Assembly (NCBI GenBank): GCA_963675525.2
Contig: CAXXSL010000016.1
Location: 192,001-256,000 of the forward strand
Direction: 5' to 3'
Source of the DNA: Anaerohalosphaeraceae bacterium
Lineage (GTDB): Bacteria > Planctomycetota > Phycisphaerae > Sedimentisphaerales > Anaerohalosphaeraceae
Length of the DNA stretch: 64,000 nucleotides
Below, one piece after another: positions 1-9,407 of the stretch (position 1 is the first letter of the stretch; every line of letters starts with the position of its first letter). Made by a program: the position numbers and the translations under genes. The notes beneath the pieces were generated by a model that searched no databases, was not told where the DNA came from, and saw nothing but the letters and a program-made list of their open reading frames with translations.

Positions 1-2312
1 GCTCCCAAAGAACTGTCCCATCCGGCTCCGCTGCCGCCGCACCCGGCAATATCACTGTAGCGTATTATCGGAAGATTGGTTTGATTATAAACCTCGTTTC
101 CCGAAATTGACGCGGTATCGGCCCACAGGATACAATTGGCAATGGCCAGACTGCTTTGATTGTTGTGCATTCCACCACCATACTCATAAGCCTTATTTTT
201 GTTGAATATACAGTTTGCTACGGTTGGACTGCAACCAATTCCGTTGTACATTCCGCCGCCATTTCCAGCTATATTGCCACTGAATATACAGTTTGTTACA
301 GTTGGACTGCTGTCAGTATCGTTGTACATTCCGCCGCCACGATAATAATTATGTGAATAAGCCATATTTTCGCTGAATATACAGTTCGTTATGGTTGGAC
401 TGCTGCCAATCCCGTTGTGCATTCCGCCGCCGTCATAGGCTGAATTGGCGATGAATGTGCAGTTTGTTACAATTGGATTGCTGTTTTCAGCATTGGACAT
501 TCCGCCACCGCTGCCTTCAAGGGCCGAATTTTCGATAAATTGACAATCAGTGACTGTCGGACTGCTGTGTTCGTTATACATTCCGGCACCGCCGCCGTTT
601 CGGTAGGATGAATTGCCCGTAAAAATGCAATTGGTTATTATCAGGTTACTGTTCTTGTTATACATTCCGCCTCTGCCATTATCGATATTGGTGATTGTAA
701 AACCCTGCAGCACCGTATATTGATCACAATCCTCCGCGGTCACAACGGACAGATCGTTATTGTTTGCACGGATAATACAGCGATCAGTGTCGGCACCGAT
801 TACACTAACGCCGCATTTTAACGTGATAGTTTCATTGTAAGTTCCGTTTGCCACGGAGACAACGTAGCCATACTCGCCCACATTGATTCCATCCTGAATT
901 TTATCAAAAGCATTCACGCCCCAGATATGCCCGTCATTGAATCCACTATCCGTGTAGTCATCATCCACCCAGACTTTGATAGGAATAAATTCGCTAACCA
1001 AATCTTTTATTTCTTTGGGGATCAATGCCTCGCTATAGATTCTCACATCGTCAATGAGACCCTTGAAAAATCGATTGTAGCCTTGTATTTCACATAAACC
1101 GATTTGAACATTTTGTATCTCACCCGTATTGATTGTTCCGGCTTCAAACGAGCTGAGGCCTTCACGTTGACCGTCCACATAGAGAATCGCTTCTGAAATG
1201 TCTGCTGAGCCGTCATCTGCCAGAACAACCGCGATGTGATGCCATTGTCCGTCAGACAATGGCGAGCTTCCTGCAATGCCGCCCCCACTAATGGAAACTC
1301 TCAAATGTCCATTGGTGTCTATCAATACAAGCCACTTCTCTCCGATGTCGATAGATCCCCAACTGAGGATTTCCTTGTTAACAGAGTCTGTCTTTATCCA
1401 CGCCATACAACTCCGGCTCGAACTGCCGCTGATGCCCTTGTAGTCATCCGCCTCGATATAATCATCGGCACCATCAAAATCCAATGCGTACCCTTCAATG
1501 CCCGCTGTCCAGTCGCTGTCGTCCATATTCACAAGTGTACCGTCGTGTCCGCCCGCAATATCTGGCGCAATAACCCCGGAAGTCTCGTTTAAAGGGAGAT
1601 GGAAAATCGGGTTTAGAAGTCGCCAGAAAATAGCATCATTAATTTCGCTTTCGCTCAACACTTGGTCATAAATTCGCACATCGTCAATGAGTCCCTCGAA
1701 ATATCTTTCTCCAGTGTAATACATCCCAATCTGTACGTTTTGGTAGCTGCCCGTATGAATGGGTTCATCAGCGGATGAGCTGATCGTTTCAAGATTCCCG
1801 TCGACATAGAGCTTCGCTTCGTTGACATCCGGACTGCCGTCATCCTCCAGGACGACCGCAATATGGTGCCAACTGCCGTCGTTGATGACTGTGGTGCCGA
1901 TGATATTGCCGCCTTGTACTTCCGCGCGAAGCTGACCGCCCTCATTGACGCGGATCACCCAGCGACCACCGGTGTAATCTTCCCCCCAGCTAATAATCTC
2001 GTCGGTTGGTTGGATTGTTTTGATCCATGCCATACAGGTTCGGCTGGCGCCGCCGGGGATGCCCTTATAGCCGGGGATTTCCAAATAATCATCAATGCCA
2101 TCGAAAGAAAGCCCCCCGTCGATAATGCCATCGGTCCAAATCGGCCCATTCATTAAAATGCCGTTTGCATCTCCGATAAAATCGGCAGCAATGATTCCGC
2201 TGGTTTCATCCAATTTCCACCAGGCAACCGGTTCCGGTTCTGCCTTCGCCGCTGAAAAAGATACGAATAAACAAAGTCCTATGAAAATCAAATATGAGAC
2301 GGGTCTTTTCAT
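1..2312 (-). CDS. Secreted protein, 2x LamG-like jelly-roll plus right-handed beta-helix repeats (3' partial, runs off window)
   Basis: Absent from the ORF track, consistent with no stop inside the window. Hand translation of most of the frame (2312-1561 and 1020-1, same phase) from ATG 2312 (AAGGAG upstream): signal peptide MKRPVSYLIFIGLCLFVSFSAAKA, WKLDETSG...GLSFDGIDDY...WHHIAVV...FEGLIDDVRIY, then seven GMYN/GMHN/GMSN..SPTVTNCIFSGN-type repeats, open to position 1. Confidence 0.88.
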   Translation of the reverse strand, partial: MKRPVSYLIFIGLCLFVSFSAAKAEPEPVAWWKLDETSGIIAADFIGDANGILMNGPIWTDGIIDGGLSFDGIDDYLEIPGYKGIPGGASRTCMAWIKTIQPTDEIISWGEDYTGGRWVIRVNEGGQLRAEVQGGNIIGTTVINDGSWHHIAVVLEDDGSPDVNEAKLYVDGNLETISSSADEPIHTGSYQNVQIGMYYTGERYFEGLIDDVRIYDQVLSESEINDAIFWRLLNPIFHLPLNETSGVIAPDIAGGHDGTLVNMDDSDWTAGIEGYALDFDGADDYIEADDYKGISGSSSRSCMAWIKTDSVNKEILSWGSIDIGEKWLVLIDTNGHLRVSISGGGIAGSSPLSDGQWHHIAVVLADDGSADISEAILYVDGQREGLSSFEAGTINTGEIQNVQIGLCEIQGYNRFFKGLIDDVRIYSEALIPKEIKDLVSEFIPIKVWVDDDYTDSGFNDGHIWGVNAFDKIQDGINVGEYGYVVSVANGTYNETITLKCGVSVIGADTDRCIIRANNNDLSVVTAEDCDQYTVLQGFTITNIDNGRGGMYNKNSNLIITNCIFTGNSSYRNGGGAGMYNEHSSPTVTDCQFIENSALEGSGGGMSNAENSNPIVTNCTFIANSAYDGGGMHNGIGSSPTITNCIFSENMAYSHNYYRGGGMYNDTDSSPTVTNCIFSGNIAGNGGGMYNGIGCSPTVANCIFNKNKAYEYGGGMHNNQSSLAIANCILWADTASISGNEVYNQTNLPIIRYSDIAGCGGSGAGWDSSLG
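130..672 (-). repeat. Intragenic ~22-28 codon beta-helix repeats (GGGM[YHS]N...TNCIF..N)
   Basis: Seven imperfect copies visible in DNA (cattccgccgcc, tatacagtttg) and in the translation. Confidence 0.85.
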
Positions 2313-2313
2313 T

Positions 2314-2562
2314 TTACTTCTCCTTTCTGCAATTCGTCCTAATTATACGGTTTTGGGCCCGTAAAGTCAAGATTTTCCAGGCATGTCTGAAAGCCGCCCA
2401 TCGGTCAGTGATTATGTTCGACAGGCATACGACTCGCCTGCATCGCTCCTTGGCAGCCATAAATCCCGACAGTGTCACTGAGACAAGTAATGTGATAATC
2501 GTAATGACAACGAGTAATTCTATAAGGCGAAATCCGGCCGACGTGATTTTTTGCTTTTGCAT
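2314..2562 (-). pseudogene. Truncated DUF1559/prepilin-type N-terminal cleavage protein remnant
   Basis: [21 protein letters not shown]...AAKERCRRVVCLSNI matches the family N-terminus, then similarity stops; only 82 aa and no C-terminal H-x-DGH motif. Confidence 0.65.
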
Positions 2563-2883
2563 TGCTCCGTTTCTTTTCCAAATAATTTACTCTTGTAAGA
2601 TTTTTTAGGCTTACAAGAACATAACGGACAGACGAACGGTTTTAGTATAGGCAAAAAGAGATTATGCAAAAATTGCTTGTTTCAGCTTGGTTAATTCATG
2701 TGTGAAAATACATTTGCGGAAATTTTCGGGTGCCTCAAGACCGTTTCTTTGATATTTCAGCTTTTTTAAAAAAATATAATTTTATATATACGAAAAGTAT
2801 CCGCTTAATCGTTCTGAAAAAGAATGGTGTGTTTTAGTTGATTTGCGACCGAAATTATAGATAATATATAATGCCTCAATAAC

Positions 2884-3783
2884 ATGGCGATTACGGAGAC
2901 AGGTATGGAATCAGAGCAATCTGTAGCTAACAGCGGCCAAAAGCAATCCGGCTTTACACTGATTGAACTGCTGGTCGTCATTGCAATCATTGCACTGCTT
3001 TTAGCTATCCTTGTACCGTCGGTCAGGTTAGCGGTTTCAATCGCTCGACAGACAGTATGTCTGTCTAATTTGCGTCAGCTCGGCATTATGTCTTCAATCT
3101 ATTCAAATGAAAACAATCAAATGATTCTCCCCTCAGCTCGCAATAGTGAACCTCAACTTCGTTATCCCGACAATCAGGATGTTTCACTCGGAGGACCACC
3201 CTGGTACGAATTATTGAGAGAGATGCAGGGGCTGGACTGCGACAAAGACGATGCTTCCATTCTTCACTGCCCATCAGACCGCCGGGACAAAGGGTATTGT
3301 TCGTATAGCGCCAATCGTTACGTCATGGGGTTTACATCCCCCAGAGATGCAACCGAGATTGTATTTCCCGTACGCAAAATTACAAGTATCAAAGGTCAGC
3401 TTGGTAATGTGATCATGCTGGGTGAACGGGGTTGTGTTGAAGAAGGCGATATCGGAAAAGTTGATGGCCAATGGTCGATGTCAGGGATTAGTGTATCACA
3501 TTTCCTTGGGGCCGAAGATAATAGTGATAAACTTGGGTATTATGTAGGTAGACATTCCAAACCCAATATTTTTGAAGATGGCAATGTACTGGTTGCTGCA
3601 AATTTAAAACTGCCGTTTCTTTTGTTAGATGGACACGCTGAAGTTTATGAAGGACAATTAAATTGTACCGACGATAATACAAACACGGATGTCTATTGGG
3701 AATACGACAATATTACAGTGCCGCAGTCGCCCGATGGATACTGGCCTGTACTACAGTCACAAAATCAACATTACGGCTCCTGA
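2884..3783 (+). CDS. DUF1559 family prepilin-type N-terminal cleavage/methylation protein
   Basis: [24 protein letters not shown]...[21 protein letters not shown]...DGHAE. Confidence 0.9.
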   Translation: MAITETGMESEQSVANSGQKQSGFTLIELLVVIAIIALLLAILVPSVRLAVSIARQTVCLSNLRQLGIMSSIYSNENNQMILPSARNSEPQLRYPDNQDVSLGGPPWYELLREMQGLDCDKDDASILHCPSDRRDKGYCSYSANRYVMGFTSPRDATEIVFPVRKITSIKGQLGNVIMLGERGCVEEGDIGKVDGQWSMSGISVSHFLGAEDNSDKLGYYVGRHSKPNIFEDGNVLVAANLKLPFLLLDGHAEVYEGQLNCTDDNTNTDVYWEYDNITVPQSPDGYWPVLQSQNQHYGS

Positions 3784-3828
3784 TCCGGCAAAATCGAATG
3801 GCTGACAGTTTTTATAGAGTGATACTGG

Positions 3829-4359
3829 ATGTTCGAAGACAAACAACTTATTAATAAACTTAAGAATGGCGACAAGAAAGCGCTGTGTCGAATCTACCAG
3901 AAGTACGGAGATTCGCTGCTGGCAATGGCAGTTGGAATCCTGCATGATCATGGACTTGCTGAAGACGTTTTACATGATGTGTTCCTGGCGTTTGTACGGG
4001 ATATTAACAGTTTCATGTTGACGGGAAAACTTAAAAGATATCTGGCCAAATGTGTGGCTAACCGAGCAATCGATTTATTGCGGGCTAAGAAGAACCATAC
4101 GGTTGATCTTGATGGGATCAATCCTGTTATGGCCGATACTCCTTTACCGTATCAGGTTGCTGCAAAACAGGAAGAATTGCGGCAATTGGACGACGCTTTG
4201 AGCCGACTGCCAATTGAACAGCGGCAGGTTATTATGATGCACATACATGGCCAGATGGGATATCGTCAGATTGCTCTTTGTCAGGGCGTGTCAATAAATA
4301 CGATTCAGGGCAGATATCGTTATGGCATGAAGAAACTAAAATCATTATTGCTTGGGTAG
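3829..4359 (+). CDS. ECF-type RNA polymerase sigma-70 factor
   Basis: 176 aa; AEDVLHDVFL, region 2 ANRAIDLLR, region 4 LSRLPIEQRQVI...YRQIA...SINTIQGRYRYGMKKL. Confidence 0.92.
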   Translation: MFEDKQLINKLKNGDKKALCRIYQKYGDSLLAMAVGILHDHGLAEDVLHDVFLAFVRDINSFMLTGKLKRYLAKCVANRAIDLLRAKKNHTVDLDGINPVMADTPLPYQVAAKQEELRQLDDALSRLPIEQRQVIMMHIHGQMGYRQIALCQGVSINTIQGRYRYGMKKLKSLLLG

Positions 4360-4363
4360 AAAA

Positions 4364-5242
4364 ATGAAATCTAAAAAAGACATCAAAAAACTAATACTTA
4401 GACAAAAAGTCGAAACTGACCGGAAGACACGGGATAAAATTTTGGCGGGAGCCTTTGAACTGCTCGATGATTTAAAAGACGATAACCGGTATTCGAAACC
4501 ATTGAATTTTTATCAGATTGTTTTGAATAACAGAGTCGCTCAGCTTGCGGCAGTTGCAAGTGTAATCATTGCGATATTTGCCATCTCTCACTTTATCGGA
4601 AAGCCCGTAAAAGTTTGTTCGATAGCAATGGCCCAGGTAACTGAAAATATTAACAATGTCCATACTTTCACATACCGTCATCAACAGCAAATTTTGGATG
4701 GCATACTTAAGGGGACTGATAAAACAGAAACGGTGCTGTACATTTCGCCGGATCATGGTATCCGACTGGGGACTTATGTGGACGGCAAGACGGAAATGCG
4801 AACATTTTTATTACCCGCAGAAAAAGTTAAGATAACTGTCATGCCGGAAGAGAAGCAATATAAACGTGACGAGCTAACGGAGCAGACGTTTGAGCAGGTT
4901 CAGCGTGAAAATGATCCCCGCGATTTGATTCGACAGTTTTTGTCATCTGATTACACGGATTTGGGTTGCACGGTTGTATGCGGTATTCAGGCACGTGGTA
5001 TTGAGGTGAGAAATCCCGGTTTTTTGAAACATTCAATGACGGATGTGGTTGGCAGGTTGTGGATTAACGTCAAAACGCAATTACCTGTAAGAATGGAACT
5101 GGAGGGGAAAGATCTCGTAAGTTCAAATAGAATCAAGATCGTTACGGATGAATTTCGCTGGGAAGCAGGCTTGCAAGAGGATGACTTTGGCCCATTCATT
5201 CCGGAAGATTATGTGCTTGAAGAGCCGGAAAACGGAGATTGA
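4364..5242 (+). CDS. Putative membrane anti-sigma factor with LolA-like extracytoplasmic domain
   Basis: ATG 4364, 4 nt after the ECF stop; single TM (QLAAVASVIIAIFAI), then LWINVKTQLPVRME...FRWEAGLQEDDFGPFIPEDY. Confidence 0.75.
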   Translation: MKSKKDIKKLILRQKVETDRKTRDKILAGAFELLDDLKDDNRYSKPLNFYQIVLNNRVAQLAAVASVIIAIFAISHFIGKPVKVCSIAMAQVTENINNVHTFTYRHQQQILDGILKGTDKTETVLYISPDHGIRLGTYVDGKTEMRTFLLPAEKVKITVMPEEKQYKRDELTEQTFEQVQRENDPRDLIRQFLSSDYTDLGCTVVCGIQARGIEVRNPGFLKHSMTDVVGRLWINVKTQLPVRMELEGKDLVSSNRIKIVTDEFRWEAGLQEDDFGPFIPEDYVLEEPENGD

Positions 5243-5306
5243 AAAAAACCTAAAAACAGCATTTAAATCGCCAAAAATAAACTTCCCCCGCAAAAAATGC
5301 CCGGCT

Positions 5307-5981
5307 TTATGACCCCCGAACATCCCGGATGATTTGCAGCGTCTTCTTAATATTTTCGGTGATGCCTTCGAAGTCACCGGAGCGGAGGCATTCTTTGGTG
5401 AACAGTTTGGAACTCATGCCAACGCAGGCGGCTCCTGCGGAGAACCATTCTCCCAACGATTCCGCGGTCGGTGCAATGCCGCCCATGGCAATCATCTCGG
5501 TCCACGGCATCGGGCCTTTGACGGCTTTGATAAACGCCGGGCCGCCGAGACAGTCGCCGGGGAACAGCTTGCACAACTCAACACCGAGCGTGTGGGCTTT
5601 GTGAATCTCGGTGACGGTGCCGCAACCAGGCATAAAGGGAATCTTGCGGCCGTTACAAATCAGCGCAACCTCTTCAACAAGAACAGGGCTGACGATAAAA
5701 TCCGCCCCGCCGGCGATGTACTGGGCCGCGGTGGAAGCATCGAGAATGGAACCGGCACCGAGGATCATATCGGGCCATCGGCTGTCGCGCTGGGCGGCCA
5801 GTTGGCCGAAGACCTCGATGGCCCGGTCGCCGCGGTTGGTAAACTCGATGACCGTCGCCCCGCCGGCATAGGATGCCTCCAAAATCGATGTGGCGGTCGG
5901 GATGTCCGGCGTGTTAAATATAGGCACCAGTCCCAGTGTTTTTATGCGTTTCAATGTTTCCATGCGGCTGTGTCGCGCCAT
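5307..5981 (-). CDS. eda: KDPG/KHG aldolase
   Basis: IEFTNR, LGAGSILD, GADFIVSP, MPGCGTVTEI, KLFPG, GGI motifs. Confidence 0.88.
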   Translation of the reverse strand: MARHSRMETLKRIKTLGLVPIFNTPDIPTATSILEASYAGGATVIEFTNRGDRAIEVFGQLAAQRDSRWPDMILGAGSILDASTAAQYIAGGADFIVSPVLVEEVALICNGRKIPFMPGCGTVTEIHKAHTLGVELCKLFPGDCLGGPAFIKAVKGPMPWTEMIAMGGIAPTAESLGEWFSAGAACVGMSSKLFTKECLRSGDFEGITENIKKTLQIIRDVRGS

Positions 5982-6172
5982 GTTTGAGCCTCCAAAAGAT
6001 AAGACCGATAATATAACCGAATGCCGATATCATACCGCCTAAATGCCGCCTAATCAATCTTTATTGTCGGGATTGGGCGATGATTTAATTGCCCGGATTT
6101 TGGCCCCGGCGAGCGATTATTTAGTATCTTTTATATGTAGTCTCGTTAAAGACATTTAGTGAGGTGATACTC

Positions 6173-6796
6173 ATGTCTATTCGGCGTGAAGATAAAGAAT
6201 TGATCTATAATCTGGGCATTCTTGGCAGCTTGGTGGGGGCCTGTCTGGGTGTGTTTTTGACCGTTCATCTGTCCAACCGGGCACATGAGCAGCATCAAAA
6301 ACAGAGCGAAATCCAGCAGACCAACGAGGCGATTGTCAAGCTGAGTTCTGCGACAATCAACCCGGAGATGCCGGCTTTGGATCAGTCTCTCTTAAAACAG
6401 GTGCAGGAACAAATGCAACAGGAACAGCCCGACGTGCCCAAAAACGCCGACCAGAGCTTCTGGCTTCGGATCCCGCGATGGGGTTTTTTGAGCCTCTGCG
6501 GGGCAAGCGGCATTGCAGGCGTAATCGCCGGCTTTTCGACGGTATGGGTAACGTGCTGGAGCGGATCGGTATTCACTTACTATTTCATTCGGCTGATCTA
6601 CAAGGCCATACGTAAGGTCGCTCCAAACAGCAAGATCGCCCAGGAGCCGACACCTAAAAAAGTCACGACGGTCGGGTCGTCTGTTTTTCAGCGGAATGAG
6701 AATCGCATTTTGCCGGTGGTTATTAAACTCATCTTCCTGCTGATTCTTGTGCTGAGTGTTCTGGGCATTGTTGTCTGGCATATCGCGGGAATGTAA
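6173..6796 (+). CDS. Hypothetical membrane protein (about 3 TM segments)
   Basis: GAGGTG RBS before ATG 6173; three hydrophobic stretches; no family recognised. Confidence 0.65.
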   Translation: MSIRREDKELIYNLGILGSLVGACLGVFLTVHLSNRAHEQHQKQSEIQQTNEAIVKLSSATINPEMPALDQSLLKQVQEQMQQEQPDVPKNADQSFWLRIPRWGFLSLCGASGIAGVIAGFSTVWVTCWSGSVFTYYFIRLIYKAIRKVAPNSKIAQEPTPKKVTTVGSSVFQRNENRILPVVIKLIFLLILVLSVLGIVVWHIAGM

Positions 6797-6812
6797 AAGG
6801 TTGTCTGATTGC

Positions 6813-7787
6813 TTATCGTGATAGGATATCCCAGTCGGGGCATATGATCTCATCCTGTTTAAGCATACAAACACCATTCGGACAGGAGCCAATATCCGGC
6901 ATCAGTGTCTGACCGTTTCGCATGGCAATGATGTTCTTACAGAAATCCGCCCCCGCCAAATGCGAACAGGGATACCCACCTCCAAAACGCGGATTGATCT
7001 CCAGCAGTTTGGGGCCGTCTTTGTCAACAATGACATCGACATCGGCTGGCCCGAAAAGCTCCATACAGGAAAGCAGTTTGCTGCCGAATTCAATCAGGGC
7101 CGGATTATCCGCACTGACTGCCTTATCTGTTTCGCCGGCACGCATCGCCAGCTTCTTTTTGCAATAAACACTTATCGGACGACAATTCTGATCGCCAAAG
7201 AGATCGTAACCGTATTCATCACCTTTTATAATTTCCTGAATCATCGGCTCCGGCGTCGCCTCATAAGCAGCTTCAAGCTGGAGTTTATCATCACAGACGG
7301 AAATATTAACGGAGGCGCTGCCTTTGCGGGGTTTGACCATCACCGGCCAATTCAAGGCACCAACCGTCAACTGGTCCAATGCTTCTGAGAGATGGATAAA
7401 CGTCTGCGGTGCGGCAAGGCCATTGGCGAGGGCAAACTGGTAAGTCTGGTATTTATCGGACGCCATTTGAATCGTCTTTTCCGGCGAAACCAGCAGCATG
7501 ATGCCCGCATCGGCAAAGGTTTTCACCTGTGAGGACAACACTTCCAGTTCCGGGTCGATCAGCGGAATGGCAACGTCAATGCCGTTTTTTTGGCAGATTT
7601 CCAGCAACGCCTGTGGATAATAGCCCTTTTTGACCTCGGGAACAATCGCGGTTCCATCACAATAGGTAAACGCGGGCGAACAGGGACTGTTATCGGCACC
7701 CCAGACCTGACCATCAGAGCCAAGGGCCTCTTTAAAGTACTTGACGAGGTAGCCTCGTCTGCCGACTGAAGAGAGTAATATGTTCAT
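6813..7787 (-). CDS. Stand-alone ATP-grasp ligase (CarB-like short form found in polysaccharide loci)
   Basis: Likely start MNILLSSVGRR at 7787; IPLIDPEL, DKYQT, VKPRKGSAS, IQEII.G.EY, LLEINPRFGGGYP. Confidence 0.85.
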   Translation of the reverse strand: MNILLSSVGRRGYLVKYFKEALGSDGQVWGADNSPCSPAFTYCDGTAIVPEVKKGYYPQALLEICQKNGIDVAIPLIDPELEVLSSQVKTFADAGIMLLVSPEKTIQMASDKYQTYQFALANGLAAPQTFIHLSEALDQLTVGALNWPVMVKPRKGSASVNISVCDDKLQLEAAYEATPEPMIQEIIKGDEYGYDLFGDQNCRPISVYCKKKLAMRAGETDKAVSADNPALIEFGSKLLSCMELFGPADVDVIVDKDGPKLLEINPRFGGGYPCSHLAGADFCKNIIAMRNGQTLMPDIGSCPNGVCMLKQDEIICPDWDILSR

Positions 7788-7936
7788 AAGATTAAACCGT
7801 GTATTTCTTCGTCCAGATTGTACCAATTCTCAACTAAATTTCAAAAGATATTTGCCGATAAATACTTATAGACTTTTTGGACCAAAATCCATAGAATAAA
7901 GTGTTGTCTTAAACCCTGTCTGGAGGATGTAACGCC

Positions 7937-9103
7937 ATGATTTTTGGAGATTTTGTCGGGCCTGAGCGGCCGTTAAGCTGGGCATTTCAATTCTGGCCCG
8001 TATTGGTGTGTTCGTTTATTGTCGCTCTTGCGGCCACGTGGTTGTGCAAGAAAATTGCCCTGAAACTGGGCATTGTGGATAAGCCGGACGCGTTTGTCAA
8101 AACACACAAAGAACCCGTGGCGTATTTGGGCGGTGTTGGGATATTGGCAGGACTAACCGTTGGGGTCCTGGCAGGCATTGTGCTGCTGAAGGATTTTGAA
8201 ACGTTTGACAAGAGCCTTAAATGGATTTTAGGAATATTAGCGGGAGCAGGAATTGCATGCTTTGTGGGCTTGGTAGATGATATCCTGGATATTAAACCAT
8301 GGCAAAAATTACTGGGGCAATTCATGGCAGCGTTTGGCTTAATCCTCGTTGGTATCCTTCCTAACTTGAACTACTTTTTTGTACCGTTTAATATCGAACT
8401 GCCGGAATGCATAGGAGGCTTACTCGGTTTTTTTGTAGTCACTTTTTTTGTATTAGGGGCGACCAATTCGCTCAACTTACTGGATGGACTGGATGGACTT
8501 TGCGGCGGGGTCACTGTCATCATTACCCTCGGAATGCTCATACTGTCGATCCATTTGGCAACCTGGGGTACAAGCCAAGTTGGTGATCCGGTGCGGATCA
8601 TTGTCTGCTTGGGTATGGTGGGCGGTGTGCTGGGCTTTTTGCCGTTTAACCGACATCCGGCGAAGATCTTTATGGGCGATGCCGGCAGCATGCTGCTGGG
8701 ATTTTTAACCGCTACAATAATGATGCTGTTCGCCAAGCAGATCCCGCGGTGGTGGATGGCGTCGATCGTGATCTTCGGACTGCCCGCTTTAGATACCGCA
8801 ACAGCTTTAGTCAGACGCTTTATCAATCATAAACCGCTGTTCGTCTCGGATCGGGGACATATCTATGATCAGTTGATGGACCGTGGAATCCCGTTGAAAA
8901 AAACGGTGGTTATCTGCTACGGTCTGGCGGGATTGTATGCATTTATAGGCCTGACGATGAGCCAGATCCGGACACGGTATGCGCTTGTGGTCTATCTAAT
9001 CGTGATCATCGTTTCAGCCATTGTGATCTGGAAGAAGGGTTTTCTGAAAATGGAGGGGTATCGGGGAGCAATCAGGAAGGAAGACGCGAGACCTGAGGCG
9101 TGA
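7937..9103 (+). CDS. WecA/TagO-like polyprenyl-phosphate HexNAc-1-phosphate transferase (MraY family)
   Basis: Polytopic; GLVDDI, NSLNLLDGLDGL, FNRHPAKIFMGDAGS, DRGHI. Confidence 0.92.
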   Translation: MIFGDFVGPERPLSWAFQFWPVLVCSFIVALAATWLCKKIALKLGIVDKPDAFVKTHKEPVAYLGGVGILAGLTVGVLAGIVLLKDFETFDKSLKWILGILAGAGIACFVGLVDDILDIKPWQKLLGQFMAAFGLILVGILPNLNYFFVPFNIELPECIGGLLGFFVVTFFVLGATNSLNLLDGLDGLCGGVTVIITLGMLILSIHLATWGTSQVGDPVRIIVCLGMVGGVLGFLPFNRHPAKIFMGDAGSMLLGFLTATIMMLFAKQIPRWWMASIVIFGLPALDTATALVRRFINHKPLFVSDRGHIYDQLMDRGIPLKKTVVICYGLAGLYAFIGLTMSQIRTRYALVVYLIVIIVSAIVIWKKGFLKMEGYRGAIRKEDARPEA

Positions 9104-9233
9104 GACTTGAGGTTTTTTAGACACAGGTTGACACAGATTTTATTACCACGAAAGACACGAAGGGCAATTTTGAATTCTTAATGTTGAATTTTGAATTAGC
9201 TTTATCCACGGATTACACGAATCAACACAGATT
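9086..9233 (+). repeat. Tract of short heptamer/nonamer tandem repeats
   Basis: gcgagac-ctgaggc-gtgagac-ttgaggt; acacaggttg-acacagatt; ccacgaaag-acacgaagg; ttttgaa/tgttgaa/ttttgaa; ccacggatt-acacgaatc-aacacagatt. Confidence 0.75.
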
Positions 9234-9407
9234 AAGCCGCTTGAAGGACTAACGTCCTTTGCTATTCAACTCATAAGGAATATCTCGAAGCAAACTTTTG
9301 CGAATTCCTTATCGATCTGTCCAGAGGCTTGACAGCCCAAGCGGAAAAAAAAACGAACACGAAGGAACTCAGAAACCAGAGGACAAAAAACGTAAATATA
9401 AAAAACT

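Noticed and set aside
130..672. Repeats resembling a CRISPR array or DGR template/variable repeats
   Set aside because: They are in-frame, degenerate protein beta-helix repeats; there are no identical repeats with unique spacers and no cas or reverse transcriptase gene in the window.
1..2312. Apparent ORF-free or pseudogenised region in the ORF track
   Set aside because: Hand translation of most of the minus-strand frame from ATG 2312 to the window edge found no stop and the phase is unchanged; the short listed ORFs are shadows.
5334..5987. 217-aa plus-strand ORF, and similar long antisense ORFs at 23468, 24098, 40981, 46196, 56616, 59270, 60224 and 60935
   Set aside because: Each lies opposite a well-supported gene and has no motifs of its own.
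6813..7787. carB (carbamoyl-phosphate synthase large subunit)
   Set aside because: Only about 324 aa with a single ATP-grasp and no carA; true CarB is over 1000 aa.
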